From positions 1 to 10,970 of the IMG/VR virus record IMGVR_UViG_2579778535_000009: a stretch of 10,970 nt of DNA, one strand, 5' to 3'. This document shows, piece after piece, positions 7,846-10,970 of this stretch. Positions within the stretch are counted from its first letter, which is position 1. Every line of letters begins with the position of its first letter. The position numbers were made by a program, and so were the translations under genes. The DNA comes from a virus. Taxonomy: Duplodnaviria; Heunggongvirae; Uroviricota; Caudoviricetes. The notes under the pieces were generated by a model. The model was given only the letters and a program-made list of their open reading frames with translations, did not search any database and was not told where the DNA came from.

Positions 7846-7902
7846 ACGTCTATAGTAGTCTACCGAGAATTGCTAGAATCTACTCGTTATGGCACCCTTT
7901 TT

Positions 7903-7946
7903 GGGACCCAACACAAAGGGTCCAAAACATGAGGGTCCCAAACATG
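7903..7946. repeat. Three copies of a GGG(A/T)CC(C)AAA motif at exact 15-bp spacing (7903, 7918, 7933), the first inverted relative to the others, overlapping the intA RBS and start
   Basis: Seen directly: TTGGGACCCAA cacaaa GGGTCCAAAACATG a GGGTCCCAAACATGG. Candidate protein-binding array. Confidence 0.4.
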
Positions 7947-9173
7947 GCAAAAATCGCTAAGAAGCTCACTGACACTGAAATCAAAAGCACCAAACCTGCC
8001 GAGAAAGAGGTTAACCTTTTTGACGGCGATGGTTTGCTCCTGCGAATCGCCCCCTTAGCGAAGGGAGGAAAGAAAAATTGGTATTTCAGATATGCAGTGC
8101 CTGTGACCAAAAAGCGAACTAAGGTGAGCTTAGGAACCTATCCTCACCTTACACTTGCGAAGGCACGAGCTTTACGTGATGAGTACTTGTCGTTGCTTGC
8201 AAATGGTATAGACCCACAAGTTCATAACACCCACAAAGCCAATGCCCTTAAGGATGCAACGGAACATACATTTCAAGCAGTAGCCAAGAAGTGGCTTGAT
8301 GAGAAAGTCAAAACGTCAGGCATCTCCCAGGATCATGCTAACGACATCTGGCGAAGCCTAGAGAGAAATATCTTTCCAACGTTGGGTGATACCCCCATTA
8401 AGGAGATTCGCCCTAAAATGCTTAAACAGCATTTAGACCCCATAGAAAAACGAGGTGTCCTTGAAACACTTCGCCGCGTCATATCCCGCCTGAATGAAAT
8501 TTTCCGCTATGCAGCAACAGAAGAACTCATAGAATTCAATCCGGCTGACAACCTGGGGCAACGGTTCAGCAAGCCAAAAAAACAGAATATGCCAGCATTA
8601 CCCCCTTCCGAACTCCCCCGCTTCCTGGTTGCTCTAAACAATGCTTCTATCCGTTTAGAAACAAGGCTACTGATTGAGTGGCAACTTCTCACATGGGTTC
8701 GCCCTGGTGAAGCTGTTCGCACAAGATGGTCAGATATTGATATAGAAACCAGCATGTGGAACATCCCGGCGGAGTTTATGAAAATGAAGAAGCCTCACAA
8801 AGTTCCACTGAGCAAAGAATCTTTGCGAGTCTTGGATTCAATGAAAGCCATCAGCGGGCATAGAGAGTGGGTTTTTCCCAGTATCAAAGCTCCACTCAAT
8901 CACATGCATGAACAAACAGCTAATGCGGCTATAATCCGTATGGGCTTCGGAGGTGAGCTTGTAGCTCATGGTATGCGATCAATCGCTAGAACGGCGGCTG
9001 AGGAGTGTGGCAAGTTTAGAACTGATGTCTTAGAAGCCGCCCTTGCCCACTCGAAAAAAGATGAAATAATTGCAGCCTACAATCGTGCAGAGTATCTCAC
9101 AGAACGTGTGGTTCTCATGCAATGGTGGAGTGACTATGTTTCGTCTCAAAAATACAAAGTTATTGCCGCATAA
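7944..9173 (+). CDS. intA: Tyrosine integrase, P4/CP4-57 IntA family (N-terminal DUF4102-like arm-binding domain)
   Basis: The ORF track gives 7800-9173, but that start would run through the terminator hairpin. The ATG at 7944 (MAKIAKKLTDTEIKSTKP...) has GAGGG 8 nt upstream. Conserved blocks DDIWRSLERNIFP, WQLLTWVRPGEA, HGMRSIARTAA, DVLEAALAH and YNRAEYL match my recollection of CP4-57 IntA. It lies immediately downstream of the ssrA 3' end, as in CP4-57. Confidence 0.85.
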   Translation: MAKIAKKLTDTEIKSTKPAEKEVNLFDGDGLLLRIAPLAKGGKKNWYFRYAVPVTKKRTKVSLGTYPHLTLAKARALRDEYLSLLANGIDPQVHNTHKANALKDATEHTFQAVAKKWLDEKVKTSGISQDHANDIWRSLERNIFPTLGDTPIKEIRPKMLKQHLDPIEKRGVLETLRRVISRLNEIFRYAATEELIEFNPADNLGQRFSKPKKQNMPALPPSELPRFLVALNNASIRLETRLLIEWQLLTWVRPGEAVRTRWSDIDIETSMWNIPAEFMKMKKPHKVPLSKESLRVLDSMKAISGHREWVFPSIKAPLNHMHEQTANAAIIRMGFGGELVAHGMRSIARTAAEECGKFRTDVLEAALAHSKKDEIIAAYNRAEYLTERVVLMQWWSDYVSSQKYKVIAA

Positions 9174-9455
9174 CTCTTCCATGATGGGTTAACTATCTTG
9201 ATTTATTTGAAGAATTAATGATCACACCATTAACCTATGTGGACTAAGCATAGCCATTTACAAATGGGTACCTTGAGGCCACATAACGAAAGCTGTCGGT
9301 CATATCAGCTAAATAATTCACATCTCTTCTCGATTATCATACACCTCGAAGAACTACCAAATTCGCTCTAATCAATGATAAAACAGTTGAATTCGGTTAA
9401 AATTTGATCAATTTTATCCTCTACATTGTATTGAATCATCCATGAGGTTTTGTGC

Positions 9456-10970
9456 ATGGCTAGCGGAAATGAAAAAAATCATAGAGTTAGGGTCGCACAG
9501 TACTTGAGGATGTCTACCGACCATCAGCAATATTCTTTACATAATCAGTCTGAATATATCAAAGATTATGCTGAAAAGAACAATATGGAAATCGCTTATA
9601 CCTACGATGATGCAGGTAAGAGCGGAGTCAGTATCGTAGGCAGGCATTCTTTGCAGCAGTTACTTAGCGATGTAGAACAAAAGAAAATAGATATACAGGC
9701 TGTATTATTTTATGATGTGAGCCGTTTTGGTCGTTTTCAAAATAGTGATGAAGCTGCATATTATTCCTTTCTATTTGAAAGAAATGGTGTAGATCTTATA
9801 TATTGTTCCGAACCTATACCCACTAAAGATTTCCCTTTAGAGTCCTCTGTTATACTGAATATAAAAAGATCAAGTGCTGCATATCACAGCAGGAATCTAT
9901 CTGAAAAGGTATTTATAGGGCAAGTAAATTTAATAAAGCTTGGTTATCATCAAGGCGGTATGGCTGGTTATGGGCTGAGACGTCTTTTAGTAGACGAAAA
10001 TGGCATAGCTAAAGAAATATTGAATTTCCGCAAAAGAAAGAGTATTCAAACAGATAGGGTAATATTAATTCCGGGACCAAAAAATGAAATAAAAATTGTA
10101 AATAGAATCTATGATCTCTTTATAGATAGTAACGTCCCAGAATTCATTATTGCTGAGAGATTAAATGAACAGAGCATACCTGCAGAAAATGGAACATCAT
10201 GGACTCGTGCAAAAATACATCAAATTTTGACAAATGAAAAATATATTGGAAACAACATATATAACAAAACCTCATCTAAACTAAAAAGTAGGCTTGTAAA
10301 AAACCCCAAACATGAATGGATTAGATGTGACAAGGCATATAAACCAATTATTTCAAAGAAAAAATATAATAAAGCTCAAGAAATAATTCAGCTCCGATCC
10401 ATTCATTTGACTAATGAAGATCTATTAGAAAAGCTAAAAGAAAAATTAGAATCTAATGGAAAACTATCAGGCTTTATCATTGATGAAGATGATACAGGCC
10501 CTTCATCTTCTGTTTATAGAACCCGATTTGGTGGTCTTTTAAGAGCATATACTTTGATTGGTTATAAGCCAGAACATGATTACAGCTATCTCCAAATAAA
10601 TGAAGCACTAAGATCATTTTACTCAGAGATAATTGAGGATTTTAAGGGCGAAATATTAAAAAGTAACTGTCATATAGACGAGTATAAATATTACCCAATG
10701 CTTTACATCAATGATGAGTTTTTAATTTCCGTCCTTGTTACTAAATGCATACATATGAAATCAGGTAAACTTAGATGGAAAGTCCGGTTTGATAACTCAC
10801 AGAAAGCAGACATAACAATTGTTATACGAATGAATTCACAAAATATTTCACCTCTTGATTTTTATATCATACCAAAGATTGAAAACGAATATAGTAAAAT
10901 GTGTATGTGGATTTGCCCCTATATTTCCAGACATCTGTTATCACTTAACCCATTACAAGCCCGCTGCCGC
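9456..10970 (+). CDS. Large serine recombinase (resolvase-type catalytic domain plus recombinase domain), AT-rich; 3' end beyond the window
   Basis: Not in the ORF track. I translated 505 codons from the ATG at 9456 to the window end with no stop; GAGG lies 8 nt upstream. The N-terminus VAQYLRMSTDHQ...YDDAGKSGVS...LQQLL...SRFGR carries serine-recombinase catalytic motifs. The segment ILIPGPKNEIKIVNRIYDLF...AERLNEQSIP...GTSWTRAKIHQILTNEKYIGNNIYNK fits the recombinase domain of large serine recombinases. Confidence 0.75.
   Translation, partial: MASGNEKNHRVRVAQYLRMSTDHQQYSLHNQSEYIKDYAEKNNMEIAYTYDDAGKSGVSIVGRHSLQQLLSDVEQKKIDIQAVLFYDVSRFGRFQNSDEAAYYSFLFERNGVDLIYCSEPIPTKDFPLESSVILNIKRSSAAYHSRNLSEKVFIGQVNLIKLGYHQGGMAGYGLRRLLVDENGIAKEILNFRKRKSIQTDRVILIPGPKNEIKIVNRIYDLFIDSNVPEFIIAERLNEQSIPAENGTSWTRAKIHQILTNEKYIGNNIYNKTSSKLKSRLVKNPKHEWIRCDKAYKPIISKKKYNKAQEIIQLRSIHLTNEDLLEKLKEKLESNGKLSGFIIDEDDTGPSSSVYRTRFGGLLRAYTLIGYKPEHDYSYLQINEALRSFYSEIIEDFKGEILKSNCHIDEYKYYPMLYINDEFLISVLVTKCIHMKSGKLRWKVRFDNSQKADITIVIRMNSQNISPLDFYIIPKIENEYSKMCMWICPYISRHLLSLNPLQARCR

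Noticed and set aside
7800-7943. Upstream extension of intA to 7800
   Set aside because: The extension would translate through the terminator-like hairpin and the repeat array. The ATG at 7944 has a proper SD and begins the conserved integrase N-terminus.
7880-8764. Minus-strand ORFs 7880-8110 and 8507-8764
   Set aside because: Antisense shadows inside intA.
1-10970. CRISPR arrays, IS elements or rRNA/tRNA genes
   Set aside because: No regularly spaced repeat-spacer array, no terminal inverted repeats flanking a transposase, and no complete tRNA cloverleaf recognised. The only RNA-like element is the ssrA 3' fragment.

Overview
This window appears to hold the integrase-proximal end of a 186/P2-type temperate prophage, followed by a second integrative element, both sharing a 45-bp copy of the 3' end of ssrA (tmRNA) at 7733-7777. 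On the minus strand there is a translationally coupled early lytic operon: apl-like, cII, three small unknown ORFs, a TraR/DksA-type zinc finger, a Dam-family methyltransferase, and the rolling-circle replication initiator A. A looks 3'-shortened and is immediately followed by a tail gene D homologue that runs off the left edge, which suggests a degraded or satellite-like prophage. On the plus strand are the CI repressor, a P2/186-type tyrosine integrase, and then an AT-rich cargo gene encoding a C2H2 zinc finger fused to an HNH-type nuclease domain, sitting between int and the ssrA fragment. This is the best candidate for an undescribed defence or accessory function. Downstream of the ssrA fragment is a CP4-57/P4-type integrase (intA-like) and an AT-rich large serine recombinase gene (9456 to the window end) that the ORF track missed because it has no stop in the window. 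All calls rest on reading the translations and motifs by eye; no database search was run.
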